This document shows positions 63,682-64,000 of a DNA stretch of 64,000 nucleotides, piece after piece; the stretch's first letter is position 1, and each line of letters opens with the position of its first letter. The notes under the pieces were generated by a model. The model was not told the DNA's origin and made no database searches. It worked only from the letters and a program-made list of their open reading frames with translations. The DNA is from an uncultured delta proteobacterium (lineage in GTDB: Bacteria > Myxococcota_A > Polyangia > Polyangiales > Polyangiaceae). The stretch spans positions 640,001-704,000 of the forward strand of contig CAWKKR010000008.1 in NCBI GenBank assembly GCA_963850305.1, given 5' to 3'. The position numbers and the translations under genes were made by a program.

Positions 63682-64000
<319 letters not shown>

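Overview
High-GC bacterial chromosome segment, most likely from a myxobacterium of the Polyangiales/Sorangium-like group. That placement is inferred from a MYXO-CTERM tail, eukaryote-like Ser/Thr kinases, Cys-rich lipoproteins, a myxobacterial-type LexA box and an atypical EF-Tu. Bases 1-42.5 kb hold envelope, signalling and housekeeping genes: SurA; a compact c-di-GMP module (hybrid HK, REC-PAS-GAF-GGDEF*-EAL, Ser/Thr kinase-PilZ, REC-GGDEF) beside a 21-nt tandem repeat array; a MYXO-CTERM protein with a beta-barrel partner; recA, rseP-lpxC, ftsK; an RHH-Pro-FHA protein; an L,D-transpeptidase; an ABC1/UbiB kinase; the F0 genes atpZ-I-B-E; two orphan HKs; and acyP. Bases 42.7-64 kb are the minus-strand rpoC-str-S10-spc-alpha supercluster, with several oddities: an acyl-CoA synthetase between rpoC and rpsL, no rplC, no map, a divergent EF-Tu with a sharp codon-skew switch, large structured intergenic regions, and a divergent IF-1 homolog absent from the ORF track whose SD-positioned start codon is ACG. 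Six single-base frameshifts, including in rpoA and atpB, suggest uncorrected indel errors. I saw no rRNA, tRNA, CRISPR array or transposase.
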